The translations under genes were made by a program, and so were the position numbers. From Tubulanus polymorphus (taxonomy: Eukaryota > Animalia > Nemertea), in the NCBI RefSeq assembly GCF_964204645.1, contig NC_134032.1, forward strand, positions 7,242,275-7,306,274: a stretch of 64,000 nt of DNA, written 5' to 3'. The stretch's first letter is position 1. Every line of letters starts with the position of its first letter. The notes beneath the pieces are model-generated. The model saw only the letters and a program-made list of their open reading frames with translations, was not told the DNA's origin and did no database searches. Below, piece after piece: positions 1-14,345 of the stretch.

Positions 1-1832
1 ATTGTCATTATAAATGTTAACTATCCGCTGGTAAACTTACTAACTTTTGGCAACTGACCTTAGATCGTGGAATGGTCTCAGGTGGCCTGCTGATCCACTC
101 TTTATTTATACTACTAAAGAAATATACAGTATAAGACGTAAAAAGTATATGAACATATTATTTATCTTTATATCGCGATAATTCGTGTACGTATGATTGA
201 AAAACGATATTCTATCGAATCTCATGGTACTTATGATTATTGTGTATAGAATCAATAATGAGCAACCCTCCACGGATACGAAGCAGCCTAAGTTTACATC
301 CTACCAAAATTATCCTCGAAACTCTCAGCATTATTTCAAGGGTCGGTCTTAGAAAATATATGAAGGACGTGCTCACAGGTTAACGAGGCCAAAAATCTTC
401 CCCAAAATTTCAAATTTTTACAAGCAAAGATAACATACTTCATGCTTTTGGTGCAGAAAAAAATACATGTCCACAAAATGCAAATTGTGTTTTCAAAGTA
501 AACGATTGAGTGTGGAATTGTTTCGAATTCAATGTTTTCCCATAAACACTCCGGTATTTTTCAATAAGATAAGTCAAACTATTGTTGTGATGGCCAGTTG
601 AATACTTCATCATTATATTGAAAGATATGTTAGACTTAATGCATCTTTTCTTAGGCCTTACAGCTTTCTCTATAGGTTAGCGTTGTGATCACTCAAAATT
701 AACCATAAGTTTGAATTCTCACTGATCTACTACATCTCTATAACAAAAATATATTTCATATCAGGCAATTAGCTTTGATTTGTGGTCAGTGGACAGCAGC
801 TACGAAACATTTCAAACTACTACATTATCATTCCATCTATTCATGTATATATAATATGATATGATATCTTCTTTGTTCAGTTTAAAAGTCTTGATCGTAA
901 AAGTTTGACAAGTCTCGCATGTTGGTACCGATACGCACGTTCACGCGAGTGAAATGTGCACGTTACAGGCTCAAATGCGCACGTTACAATTACAAATGGA
1001 AACGTTGTTCGTTCAAAACCCTACGTAAAAATCTTATGCATTTTAGCGGAATTTCGAAGTTAGTTCGCTACCTACAACAAAAATCGGACAAGACTTTTTC
1101 AAGCGACAAATTTAAATGTAAGAGCTCGTAGTACTAACGAAGGATTCACTAAACATATAAATTACTTATGGGGGTTCTGGTTACCACTGGTAACTGGTCT
1201 GTACTGGTCAAGCATTGGTCAGTAAAACAATTTTTAGTTTAATGCCCACATCATATCTAGTTATTTGACACCAAACAACTTAATTGTTTGCAAACAAATA
1301 ATTTACTATATGGTCAGTACTGGTCATGCATTGGTCAGTTAAAAGACCATGGTCCACGCCACATTTGATACCAAACATGATTGGATTGTGTCGTTTCGAA
1401 AATTTATCTGTTGGGCAATTTGTGGTCAGCCCTGGTTCGTTAGGTTCTTATTTTGCGGGTATTTTATCTCGAACCACCGAAAGACCGAATCACTAATTAA
1501 TTCACCAGATCGTTAATTGCTGAAAATGAAGATTAGTGTTTAACTAATAGTCCTTGTCTGAACAAAATGTCTCTGGTATGGGTGCTATGGAATCATGTCC
1601 TTAAACACCGTACTGTATCTTTGTACTGTATCTTTTTATTTTCACTACTACCGTAATTGACTATGATGTTTTCAAGTGGTCTTAAGTACCGCTAATAGCC
1701 GAAAGTCGTTGATTTATGTGAAATTTACATACAGCGCCACCCGTTGATAGTAAAACTAACCCGAGCAATACGGGTGTTAAATAGAAACGCTAGCAAACCG
1801 GCATTCTCATAATGTGTCGGTCACACCTTCAG

Positions 1833-1887
1833 CTATTCTGACTGCGAATGCAGTATGGCGCAGAATTGGACATGCGACCAGTGTAAT
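1833..1887 (+). repeat. Dispersed repeat, second copy at ~8121-8174
   Basis: ctattctgactgcgaatgcagtatggcgcagaattggacatgcgaccagtgtaat versus ctattttgactgcgaatgcaggtggcgcagaattggacaggcgaccagtctaat. Confidence 0.7.
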
Positions 1888-3947
1888 GTCATCCCCGCTC
1901 GCCAGGGGCCCGGTATCGCTCCCGAACTCGCTTCCACCAGCCCCCTGGCCTCACGAAGCGTGATTTCATTACTGGCGCTGTTGCGCATGACGTCATACAT
2001 CGATTTGCGAAATACTTCCTTGTTCGGTAAAACGTTCGCTGATTGGTCCATTTAACGGGAAAAACCAACAGAAGCCCAATGTCGTTTGTTACAAGCGCTG
2101 TGATTGGTACGACTGGATTCTGGCTAGTAACGACTCCAACGACTCGTGAGGTCAAGATGTTCGGGGAACAGCTTTAGCGTAGTGGGTTCGAATCCTTTGA
2201 CGGGTGAAGATGGTGTATTTTACGATAATTTATTAGACTGGTTGCCGGTCTCTACCTTCAGTTATAGACCGGTTGATCCCATCCTCCATTTTACATTTTC
2301 GATGCATGTCAAACATGTCAGTGTCGAGTTACTTCCAGGTTAGAATGGCGTCTCATCGAACAAGCGAAACTAAGAGTAATATCAAAATCGCACTGGAATG
2401 ATTGATTACAGTAAATCAGCTGATAATCTATGAATCATAAATGTAATCAGCAAAAAACGGAAATTTAAAGACGGAAGAAAAGGCATTAATTGCCGTGAGT
2501 ATCGAATTAATCCGCTGATGTTACTCGGAATTCAAATAGCCACTACTGAATTGATACTTATCAATTTTGTAGGCAAGAAAAAGGGATCAGCTGTGATAGT
2601 CATTCTGAGGGAACATGGCTGAAGGGCGACATGGTTTCTCTGTCAACCATATGTAAAATCACTCAATTGTTGTGTTTCTGATGATGTGAAAATGACGAAA
2701 GTCTGAATAAAGTTTACAATGGATGAACTCCCAGTCAGTTTTTTGATATCAGATATTTGGATCCAACGCGGCATCTCTACATATATTCCTGATGATACAG
2801 ACAGCAAGTTGAAATAGACCAGTAATTCAGATCAACTGGATATTTGCAATATTTTCCTCTCCTCATGGACCATACATGATTTTTGCTAGAAATTGAGTAT
2901 AAAATCCATCACGACAAACCCTTTTTTACTGGCAATTCTATATTTATTGTCCACTTTCTAGTACAAAAATCTTATTCAATATACAGACTGCCTGACAAGA
3001 CGTTGACATACGTATTTTGTGACATGGCAAATTGTGTGACAACAGAATGACACTGATATCTCTAACTTAACTCGAATCACAAAGACCAAGTCTTGACGAG
3101 AAAGTCGGCCTAAATCCAATATCCAATCTCAATTCCAATTGCATGCTCGCTCGTGTGTTATTAATAAATTCCAGCCCTCTAAACTTCATCACTGTATCAG
3201 AACCTAGGAGTTTCACCACTTGTTATTAGGAATCTAATTTCATGATGATTATTGCTGGATTCGTTAATCTCTGATTCGTAAATTTCTGATATTAAACTGA
3301 TATACATATACTAACAATAAAACCTGGATTGACTTTTCAATTCATGTTTCATCCATTTTCAAACTTACCATGATACAACAACAATTCATTCTGTGCATGT
3401 TGAGCTCATTCAATCTAATACTTCAGCTTCCGGTCATCGGGACGTGTGGCCGCGCCATAGCTCTGTGTCTTGCATTAATGTAGTTTTTTACACTCCTACA
3501 CCGTTTTAATGGATTTATACGAGTAGTGTGTTAAAGTTTAAGTGTAGTTGCGTTATGGATTCATATAAGAGGATTTATTTCGTTATGATTATCTAGTATT
3601 TGGTGAGTGTTTTTGATCGTCCTTCTGTCCTAATAGTTTGTTCACGAACTATGTTGGTGTAGTTGTCAACAGCAACGTATAAACAGTGTATTACCATTAT
3701 ATATCACATACTATACTATACCACAAACCATAGAACTGAGTGACTATAAACGTATTCAAGAAAAGAACAAAAGGAAGAAAGCTTCTTCATCTAAAAGAAA
3801 AAAAGTCCCGTCATCCAATACATCGTCCTCATCCTGCGATGTGACTGTAGACAAAAACAAAGAACCGGCACATCTAGCTCAATTGGTGAGGAAGACGAGG
3901 TCTTCACTCAAGAACACAGGAACGAAAAAACGATCGAAGAAGAAATA

Positions 3948-4720
3948 ATGGAAGCCAATGTTATGGAAGCGTTAACTTCAGATAGTGGCAAAAACTTGAT
4001 TTTTGTTATCGTTAAATCAGCTTGTGAACAATTTAAAATCGAAATTAAGGACATTATAGAAGAGAAATTCGATAAACTGAATTCGATGATGTTTGACATC
4101 AACACGGCCTTCGACTCATTAAAAAGCAAAGTCGCAGAAAACGTTGCGTATCTAGAATCAAGCCTGCTAAGATTACTAACAACCTTAAACGTTTAGAGTT
4201 GAATCAAACAGAACTGGAATCGTTTATTAACCGCGTGGACTCGGCTACAGAAGAAATAGAAATGTACAGTCGTAGAAACTCAGTACGTATATTCAATTTG
4301 AAAGAGGACCCGAATGAGGATTGCGCTTCAACAACTATCGAATTTCTAAAATCAAAGTTAGATATTTCGTTGGACTCGTGCTCGTTCGATCGAATACATC
4401 GTGTTGGACCTGCTTCAAAAGACCCGCGAGTTCACAGGCCGATCATTGTGAAATTTATAAGACATAACGATAAAGATACTGTTATAAAAAATCGTAAAAA
4501 ACTTAAAGGGACGAAAATATCAATTAACGAGGATTTAACCAAGCCTAGAGCAGACTTTTTGGAATATCTTCACAAGCATCCGATGGTGAGCGCCTCCTGG
4601 TCATTCGATGGGAAAGTATTTATCAAATTTAACGGCAATGATAGAAAATTTGCTGTCCATGGCCACTATGACTTCGAGCGCATACTGGCGAAACATATTG
4701 AACCGCAAATGAGGATTTGA
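3948..4720 (+). pseudogene. LINE ORF1 (coiled coil + RRM/L1-transposase-like), broken into 3948-4196 and 4199-4720
   Basis: Motifs YSRRNSVRIFNLKE, DRIHRVG, RPIIVKF, KLKGTKISINEDLT, WSFDGKVFIK typical of CR1/L2 ORF1p. Confidence 0.85.
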
Positions 4721-4875
4721 AATGTTTATAACTATAATCATGAACTCCGGATCGTGCCAGTATTAAATCGCGTGACTATTGTTCGACAATGACTGTCTAC
4801 TCGTGTATAAAATCCTATACCGATCAAATTTTAGTATTTTGATCAGTGATTACTTTATAAATCTCTTTATCTTTT

Positions 4876-4919
4876 CTATATATATATATTTTTATTATTA
4901 TAAATATTTTATTATTATA

Positions 4920-4978
<59 letters not shown>

Positions 4979-4996
4979 TTATATATATATATATAC
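4876..4996. repeat. (TA)n microsatellite / AT low complexity between LINE ORFs
   Basis: Long tatatata run. Confidence 0.95.
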
Positions 4997-5099
4997 AATT
5001 TTTATCTCAACAGCCTTCTAGACAACAATAGTGAACTTTGTATCTTTAACAGCCAATGCCCATATCTTGAATTAGACGAACTGGCTGATAGTATAGATG

Positions 5100-7413
5100 T
5101 TAAAAAAGATAATCTCAATATAATGCAACTAAATATTCATAGTCTTAATAACAAATTGGATGAACTCAAATTATTAATTGAAAAAACAACGTGGAGGGGT
5201 GGCATTGTATATCAGTAATAATTTATCTTGTAGCAAGCGTTCGGACCTAGATGTTTTTATTGAGGGTAAAATCGAGTCTTGTTTTGTTGAAGTTGAAATT
5301 GAACATCTTTCGAGTAAAAAGATAATTATTGGAGAACTCTACCGTGTTCCAGGTAGTAGCGACAATGAATTTCTTTCGGTATATCAAAACCTGTTGCAGA
5401 AGATTAAAAATGAAAACAACTGTGAATTAATCATTGGAACCGAATCATAAGAACACCTCAAAATTTCTTGATATCAATCTATCAAACAATCTGTGTCCAA
5501 CTATTTTGCGCCCTACTAGAATTACACACACAACAGCTACATTGATTGACAATATTTATCTTTCCGCTACATTAGCAACTGACCACCAAAGTGCAATACT
5601 TATTTCGCACTTGTCTGATCACCTCCCTTGTCTCGTGACAGTGTCATGCAAACGTAAACTTCCAAAAGAAAGCAACTATTATACTCGGAATTTCAACGCC
5701 AGGAATATTGAATTGATAAACGATAAGCTCTCAACACTAGACTGGTCGTGTGTTGAAAATCTTGACTGTAATGGAAGTTATGAATTTATCATATCTAATA
5801 TTAATTCTGTAATCGAAGAGGTGTCTCCATTAGTAAAGGCGAAGAAAAAAATTAGTATACAAGAACCTTGGATGTCGAAATCAATATTAAAATGTTCCAA
5901 AAAATGCGATAATCTATATAAAAAGTATTAAAATTAGATAGATCTGATCAACGCTATAAAGACTATATCCTTTATAGAAACAATTAAAATTATATTAAGA
6001 GGCGACAGAAAAAAATCTATTACGCAAATAAAATTGAATCATTGTCCAAAAACAGCCGTAAACTTTGGCAATTTTTGAAACAATCGACTGGGAAATTTAA
6101 TGACAAAACCTCTTTTCCTAGTAAATTCATTGTGGATGGAACAATTGTGGAAGATCCTAAATTAATAGGCCAACAATTCAACAACTTTTTTTCCTCTTTT
6201 GGCAGTTCATATGCAAATAGATGCCCCAGGTCAAGTAATAATTTCAGTTACTACTTACCTGAAAGAAATCAACATTCAATTTTCTTAAATCCAATCGAAA
6301 GAGAGGAAATTTTCAAGATTATTAATAACCTAACCCCAAAAGAGACGACTGATGGTAATGATTTACTCAGTAATAAATTACTCAAACTTATATCGACTAG
6401 CATAATAGAACCATTTACCATACTGTGTAACAAATCACTCCAAGAGGGCTTATTCCCGGATAGCATGAAAATCTCGAAGGTAATTCCTCTTTTCAAAACT
6501 GGAAATAAGCAGCTGTTAAACAATTATATACCTATCTCCTTACTCCCAGTATTATCAAAAATACTTGAAAAATTTATCTCCTTTGCAGATGACACAAACT
6601 TATTAATTTCCAACAAAAATATCAACTCACTGATATATAACACCAAATATGATCTAAACATTGTTAGTGATTGGTTCAACGCTAACAAGCTTACCCTTAA
6701 TATCGATAAAACGAAATGTCTATTATTTTGTAAAGACAAAACAATTGTGAAATCAAAATTGCAGATATGTTTTGGCAGTGAAATTCTTAAATTGGATAAA
6801 TCCTCCAGATTTCTTGGATTATGGATAGACGACAGTTTAAATTGGGAGCATCATGTTAAACAGTTGATTAATAAGCTTAACAAAAATTTATATCTATTGA
6901 GATGCTTGAAAAATCTTATTCCAAGTTGGTCGAAAAGACTACTGTATATGAGTTATATTCAAACACACCTTACCTACGCACTTATTATATGGGGTCCTAT
7001 GTTGTCTTCCAGCCAATGTCAAACCATATTCACAATTCAGAAAAAAAGCAATACGACTTATAGATAACGCTACATATAATGCCCCCACAGATCCTATTTT
7101 TAGAAAATATAAAATCCTTAAATTTCAAGATCTAATTAACTTAGAGATTATAAAACTTGGATATCAATATATTATTAACAATCTCCCAATTCCATTACAA
7201 AACATGTTTCAGCAGAACTCTAACTTCCATTATCATAACACCAGACAACTAAATCCCAGAGCTGCTTTTCACAAATACAAACTATATAGCAAATCATTTC
7301 TTGCTCAGATGCCACGCACCTGGCGCAACACTGCCGACTGTCTTCGTACGTCATCCAGCATCAAATCTCTTTCGTATCTGTTCAAGAAACAAACCTTGGA
7401 TAACTACATTTAA
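5100..7413 (+). pseudogene. LINE ORF2 (APE endonuclease + reverse transcriptase), fragmented
   Basis: NIMQLNIHSL, RGGVALYI, ELYRVP, PTRIT..TLIDNI, LSDHLP (APE); KVIPLFK, PISLLPVLSKILEK, FADDT, WFNANKLTLN, FLGLWID (RT); several frameshifts and internal deletions. Confidence 0.9.
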
Positions 7414-9249
7414 TTTAATTATATAGAGAAACTTCGATAGAAATAACAGCAATTCCGTCATCACTGTTTTTCTCGAAAAAGATTCATTGTTGTTCACTAT
7501 TGTACTATTATTACTGATTATGAGAATTATGTTTGTTATTACCATTGATATGACCATTATTATTATCATCACTTAAAATTGTCATTATTGTTATTATTAT
7601 TATTAGTTTTAAAAGACATTGAAGTGAAGTAAATGAAGTAACCTGTCGTATAGGCTAATATTTTCACCACACTGAATTGACTGCTAATATTTAGTGTCAC
7701 ATTCCGCATAATCGATCAGTCATCTTAAGTGAACAAACAAATTGCCGGTGCTGCATGGCTGGTTCAGTTCAGTGAGTAGAAATTGGTTTTTCCATCCCAA
7801 GTTCGTCGGTATTGTTGTCGATTGACGACCGTTCCTTTGAGCAGGGTAGATTTTGATGGTGCTGTATAACGGAGACATATTGCCTTGTATGTCGATATCT
7901 TCGAGGCCACACGCAGTACAGGTTCTCGCAAAAGCGTTACCTGATAGTTTTGGTTGAGTTTCTTTCTTCCATAGATGTAAAGATCGACTTTTAAGAGGTT
8001 CATGGAACGTAAATCGAGACACTCTGGAGGCGGCCATGTTACACTATTCACGTGATGAAATACTGAAATCTGATTGGATCCGTATATTCCGCGGAAGATG
8101 GCGGACGGATTAAACCTGTCCTATTTTGACTGCGAATGCAGGTGGCGCAGAATTGGACAGGCGACCAGTCTAATATTTTATCTAAGTGGAAAGACGCCGA
8201 GTACCAGTATAAATTATGTTCAAATCCCTAATTTCCTTGGGATGCTTTGATCTTAAAATAGCGATTGTCTTTCTCATTGAGAGTCGGTGTCCCTTTAATT
8301 ACTTACACTGCAACTGACCGGGGATAAAAAGGACGTCTTTGATTAAGAATGACGATAACAATTCAGTGTGAATGTTACGAGGTACCGAATCAAATTCCGC
8401 TTCTGAGTGTATTTTATACGGCGAACTCAGTACTAAGAATACATCTCGAAATTATTCTTCACCTCCGTCGAAGGACTCCTCATCCATTGATACTTGATAG
8501 CAATGAAATAAAACAATAAAGTTTTAAAGCTTTTTTTATATCAAATGCAATCTTTTGCTAACATAAACAACATCATTACAAATGACCATATCTCCATCAT
8601 ATGAATTAAATCACCAATGATGAATATTGCGATATAAATTGAATTAGACGTAAAACCAATAAATGAATTTAATTAACATAAAATCATCTTAAAATCCTTT
8701 TGCAAGAACATTTTACATCGCACAATATCAAAAAAATTATTCCAATTGATATATCATAGGACGAATAGCTTAAAGCTACGAGTGTATAACAGGAACAAAA
8801 ATCTATTATCATTTCTATGCAAGTACATTATCATTATCATACATTATCCTATATGTCTATTCAACTTGAATAAGAGCACATCAAAACTGACAAGGCTTGG
8901 CCACCTGCTGATATGCTATGAAGTCAAGTTGAAATAGGCATTAGTCCAAATAACATCTGATCTGCTGGATCCAGCGACAAGTTGAATTCCTTCCGACAAA
9001 CCATTTCTTTTTCGAAAGCAAATCACGACTTCCAAAAATCTGAGGAGCGCGCCGTGAACTTCAACTTCGGAAGAAAGTTGTTGAACAGTGATTGTTTCGA
9101 AAAGCTGTGTACGCTAGACAGTGCGTACTGAACTGAACGCGGCGTCTTCACTTGGAAAAATCGTTGGTTTGACGGATTAGTTCGAATATTTATTACACTC
9201 CAACCATTCCAATGGTATTTGGAGGAAAAAACAGTATTTACAATTATTT

Positions 9250-9685
9250 ACAAAAACAGTAGATAAAAGCACTTTGAAACATAACAAACGTTATTTACAA
9301 CATACTATTTACACACTACTGGAGGGATCTATATACATCTAGACCTAATTTGATAAATTTAGCCAGTTTAAAGGTTGGATTTTTTAAAACATCAAGATTC
9401 CGAAAGGTATTTGAATTTATTTAGCTTTCACGGAATACGGTAAGTAATTTACAGTCAAAAATGAAATGTAGTTCGTCGCGTAAAACGTTTCAGGTGGGAC
9501 ATAATCTATCGGTTCTCGGTAGATGGAGATTTGACAATTTATTTACAGGTAAGAGATAAGACCCAATCCTGAACTGGAATAAAATGGTCTTAAAGTCGTC
9601 ATCAAGCCGATTTATATAGTTGTCAAATTTAATATCCTTCTTATATTGTCTAAAATTAATGTATAACGGATTATCATTTAGCCTA
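9250..9685 (-). pseudogene. 3' fragment of another LINE ORF2 (C-terminal Cys/His region), cut off by the Zator TIR
   Basis: LFQFRIGSYLLPVN...DRLCPT followed by DELHFIFDC-like codons, typical of a LINE RT C-terminus. Confidence 0.6.
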
Positions 9686-11940
9686 GGGACCATTCATTTA
9701 TTACGTACGCACGTTGGGGGGAGGGGGGTCACTTCAAATGCGTAGAGTTATGTACAAATGGGAGGGGGGGGGGGGTTATTCAATGATCGTGTACCTGTAC
9801 GTACGCTTGGTAGGGGGGGGGGGTATTAATTCTATTTCAAGCGTCACTGTCAGATAACGACCTTCCAGCTTCCGTCTACAGCGGGTTTTGAGTTAGTAAG
9901 CGTGATACCTCACAAAGAATAGGAACATATAGGAATGCTCCGAGAACGGGCAGAGTACGGCCGATATCATTAATGAATAGAACGAACGAGTCAACTCAAA
10001 CCGTAGGCAACACGTCTATCGATTTTGTGACGATCATTGTAATTAATGTTGAATAAAAATAAGAACGCATTGAATGCATTTATTTTGTTTTAATTGTTGG
10101 TTGTTGTATGTCTTTTAGGCCTTACTTTCACTAGACGTGTTTACGTTTTTACGGTTTATTCCGGTGAGTGTCTTTTTCACGGAGTTGATGATTGGTATTA
10201 TGGAAACAAAGCATAGGAATATTGTTCAGCTCTATAAAAGGGCAAACAAGAACATAGGCACCCAGAACCAATTGAGTGGTGCACAAAAACTTAAAATTGG
10301 AATAAAATTAAGTCGTCGGAGGATGAGTATAAATCTGCAGTTGATAGTCTGACATCACAAGCACTTACAGCAGAGGCTAAAGTGAATTCATTCTGGGCAA
10401 TGTTCGCGTCTAATAAATCAACTACAAAGCCTGCATCAAATGGTACCAATAATGATGATAAACATGATCAGGATGTTCCGATGCACACAGGTGACAGTTG
10501 AAATTTATCTATTTTTTCAAAATTGACAAGCAGCCCAGTCAGATATTCAAGCACCACCAGTCTCCGAGACATCATCTAGTTCTACGGGTATTAAAGAGGA
10601 TGCAGATAAATTCACTCCTGTTGGTCCCGCACAGGAAAAATTACACTCTAGAATAATTAAGATTGAGAGTTTGATTGTCAAACTCTCTGCAAACTCTCTG
10701 AATTAAAAAATGCTGGCATGGCAACAGAAGATAAACTTTAAAACAATTTGCAAAATGCTTAAAATGAGTTGGGTGTTGATAGACACGCAAGGTGGCTGAG
10801 GCAGAACGTCAGCGTAAACGTCCTAAAGATCAGAAAGAGGTCCTTAAAAATGCTATAAAAAGTTCTCCTAAAGAAAACGCCCAACAACTAGCAAAATTCA
10901 CCTATCAAATGATAAACCTGGTCGGCCACCTCTTGATGAGAAGTATAATGACCTTATCGATGTTATTAGACAAATAGTAAGCCGCGGTGCCAGTGCTCCA
11001 GACCACGATTTCGTGGTGACCGGTTCGCACAAACTCACTCAGTCGGTGTATGCAGCATGCGAAATCAAAGCACCATCTGCAAAGTCTGATTTCGAAATTG
11101 TTTACTCAGGCCCAATGTATGTATCTATCAGAAGTACAAAACATGATTCCAGCAACGCTTTTACACATGGCCGAGATGTTAGGAAAGCCCTGGAGTTAGA
11201 TGAATTTAAATCCGCGTGTCGCATGCCCGACGGTGACGTAAAACCTATCATGGTTTTTTTTACAGACGGTGCCGGGACAGACGAAAACCCTTGATACCCC
11301 AAAACCCTCGCGGTTTCTATCAATCATTTCCGTACCTACAATCTTGACGTCTTTATTACCCTAACGCTAGCGCCTGGGTTGTCGGCATACAATTACGTAG
11401 AAAGGAGGATGGCGCCTCTATCAAAAGAATATGCCGGTATTGTTCTATCCCACGACCATTTTGGTACCCATCTCAACAATTCTGGCCGTACTATTGATGA
11501 AAAATTAGAAATAGAAAACTTCAAAAAAGCTGGACAGGATCTGGCTGGGATATGCGGGAATATGGTAATCGATGGTCACCCGGTATTGGCCGAGTACGTT
11601 CAGAATGAATTAATTGATGTACCCGAGCCTATACAGCAATGGGTAAGGACCCATTGCAGGATGTCTCAATATTTGCTGCAAATTGTAAAGTGTAATGACA
11701 CTAACTGTTGTGGACCGTTACGAACCAACTGGAATAGCATAATTCCCACTAGATTCCTACCTGCACCTGTACCTACCAGGAAATCTTCTATTGGGGTCAT
11801 CATTCCAGACCCAAGTGATGTCCGGCCTTCCGATAAATTTCTGAACCTGTGGGAACGGCAAGCCCTGGCTCCAGTCATTGATTTGCATGGTGGGATTGCT
11901 TACGATAAATTTTGCCCATCTGTCATCAATAATATAGCAA
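9686..11940 (+). mobile_element. Zator-type DNA transposon remnant (5' TIR + broken transposase); 3' end missing
   Basis: 5' end GGGACCATTCATTTATTACGTACGC after CTA/TA; transposase motifs DHDF, HKLTQSVYA, YSGPMYVSIRSTKH, TDG..DENP*YPK, APGLSAYNYVERRMAPLS, HDHFGTHL. Confidence 0.7.
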
Positions 11941-13298
11941 TATATCATTTTATTTGGGTTCGAACTTACCGGTACTAGAGGTCATGAGTTTGGTTAAACA
12001 GTTGAAATATTATTTCACGGTCGTTGAACAGTGACGAGTAAACAATAAGCCTTTTTACAGTTACAGGCGACATTTTTTGGGGTACACGCCAGGTCCGCAT
12101 TGTTGAATTTTTTTTGTCCCTATTTTTGCCCCGTTTGATTTTCAGATTTCGTTCATATCTCTGGATTGGATTAAGATAGAAACAAAGTGAAAATATCGAT
12201 GAACACAGCTGATAAATATAGCTGCAAAGCAGCGATAACGGGTTTTCTGCACAGTCTTAGAATCCTGTTCAACGGTGGATTTTGACGAAGCATTTGATAA
12301 GGCACAACATCAGCCATTACTAAACAGGCTATTAGGAAACAGTATCAATGATAGGTCGCCCAAATGGCTCAGCAGTTATCTCTGAACGAAAACTTGTAGC
12401 TGAAATCAACGGAACGCCTCATCTTGGAATAATTCGGTCAAAATAGTGGAGTCACGCAAGGTAGTATCCTAAGTTGTCTTCTGTTTATTGTCCTGACAAA
12501 TGGCATACACAGTAATCCAACATATACCAGACCGAGTAAATTTCCAAATCGACCTTAACACGCTGTTCGACCAAAAAACTTAATGTTCCAACAAGAAAAT
12601 CTTGTTCGAATGAAAATAATTCTGTTTGATCGAACAATACGCTTTTTGCTTGAACCAAAAATTTTCTTCATTCTGACAAAAAATGTGTTCGAACAAAAAG
12701 CTATGTTATTGTTGAAATGAAAAAAAAATTGGTTGAGCGAAAACAATTATTTTCGAACGAATGTTTGAATGAAAACAATTCTGTTCGATTGAACGAAATA
12801 CTTAATACTTTCGGTTCGGAGAAAAAACTTTTTTCAATATACTTGTTCGAACGAAAAATTTAATGTTCTGACAAGAAAATTCTGTTCAAATTAAAACGAT
12901 TCTGTTCAATTGAATGATTGTTCGAACGAAAAACCTTTCGTTTGGACAAAAAAAGTTTGTTCTAACGATTTTTTCAAATTGGTTCAATTGTATAGAATAT
13001 TGTTGGTTCGAACGAAATAAATTTTGTTCCGACGAAAGAATTTTCAAGCGAAAGGTCTTTTGAACGAAAAAAAAAAGATATTTCTGGTGCTCCGCAGTAA
13101 CTTAAAGCCAGACGTTGGTTGTTCTTGTGACACGATGCGATCCTCGCGTTGCATCGCATGCTTCGATGCAAGTCGCTTGCAATACGATTGTGTGCGACTA
13201 GTTTCTGCCAGTCGCAAGAGCGCGTCGGTTGGTTGTGACAGTCGTGTCGCGTCGCAGAAAGTAGAACACGTACGACTCCATGTGACTGGCGTTGCTGA

Positions 13299-13566
13299 AA
13301 GATGAGGACGCCAGTGATATGACGACTGAGTTTCAAGTCGTCAAAACGTCACGATATGTCGACATATTCATGTCGAATTGATGCGATATATCGACATAAA
13401 TATGGCGACTTGTCGAGTTGGAACGCAACAACTCGACATGAATATGTCGATATATCGTTACGTTTTGACTACATATTTCGTTTTCTTAACCATTTTCCTC
13501 GCAACAAGTCGACATATTCATGACGACTTGAAACTCAGTCGTCATATTACTGGCGTCCTCATCTTA
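13299..13566. mobile_element. MITE with ~45-bp TIRs nested in HINE copy A
   Basis: aagatgaggacgccagtgatatgacgactgagtttcaagtcgtca ... tgacgacttgaaactcagtcgtcatattactggcgtcctcatctt; internal segment repeated at ~13636-13738. Confidence 0.7.
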
Positions 13567-13849
13567 CATTTAGACATGTCTTCAAATGACGGCTTGTCCC
13601 GTGGAAAATGAGCAAATAAGCGAAATTTGTCGTGAAAACGTCACGATATGTAGACATATTCATGTGGACTTGACACGATATATCGCGATATATCGACATA
13701 AATATGGCGACTTGTCGAGTTTGAACGCGACAACTCGAGGCCCTTTATCGCTTCCGTACTATATCAGATTAATCGACTTCAAAATAGGCGAAAGCATAAG
13801 TCTTTATTACGTTATTAATTGGCCTAATTATTCAAAAGCTAACTATGTG

Positions 13850-14345
13850 GGCGACAAAAGCAAAAAAATTAATTGTCGCGGGCGATAAAACCAAAATATT
13901 GAATTGTCGCGGGCGACAAAACCAAAAAAATGAATTGTCGCGGGCGATAAAACCAAAATAATGAATTGTCGCGGGCGACAAAACCAAAATATTGAATTGT
14001 CGCGGGAGACAAATCCAAAAAATGAATTGTCGCGGGCGATGAAACCAAAATCTTAAATTGTCGCTATTGTCGCGTGCGACAAAACCAAAATAATGAATTG
14101 TCGCGGGCGATAAAACCAAAATATTGAATTGTCGGGGCGACAAAACCAAAAAAGAAAATTGTCGTGGGCGACAAAAACAAAATATAAAACCAAAATAATG
14201 AATTGTCGCGGGCGACAAAACCAAAAAGAAGAATTGTCGCGGGCGACAAAACCAAAATAATGCATTGTCGCTGGCGATAAAACCAAAGTTATGAATTGTC
14301 GTGGGCGATAAAACCAAAATAATGAATTGTCGCGGGCGACAAAAT
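13850..14345 (+). repeat. Minisatellite, ~30-bp unit AAAACCAAAATAATGAATTGTCGCGGGCGAY, about 16 copies
   Basis: Direct tandem repeats; each unit contains the palindrome TTGTCGC-GG-GCGACAA. Confidence 0.95.

Larger units (their letters stand above)
3421..7640 (+). mobile_element. Decayed CR1/L2-group non-LTR retrotransposon (LINE), near full length
   Basis: ORF1 and ORF2 remnants in the same orientation, 5' UTR, AT-rich 3' UTR ending in gaagtgaagtaaatgaagta; boundaries approximate, no TSD found. Confidence 0.85.

Noticed and set aside
2100-2345. tRNA gene or SINE suggested by the B box GGTTCGAATCC (~2185)
   Set aside because: No cloverleaf or convincingly spaced A box; possibly an old SINE but unsupported
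13850-14345. CRISPR-like array of palindromic repeats
   Set aside because: Intervening sequences are short and near-identical rather than unique spacers; no cas genes; eukaryotic TE context
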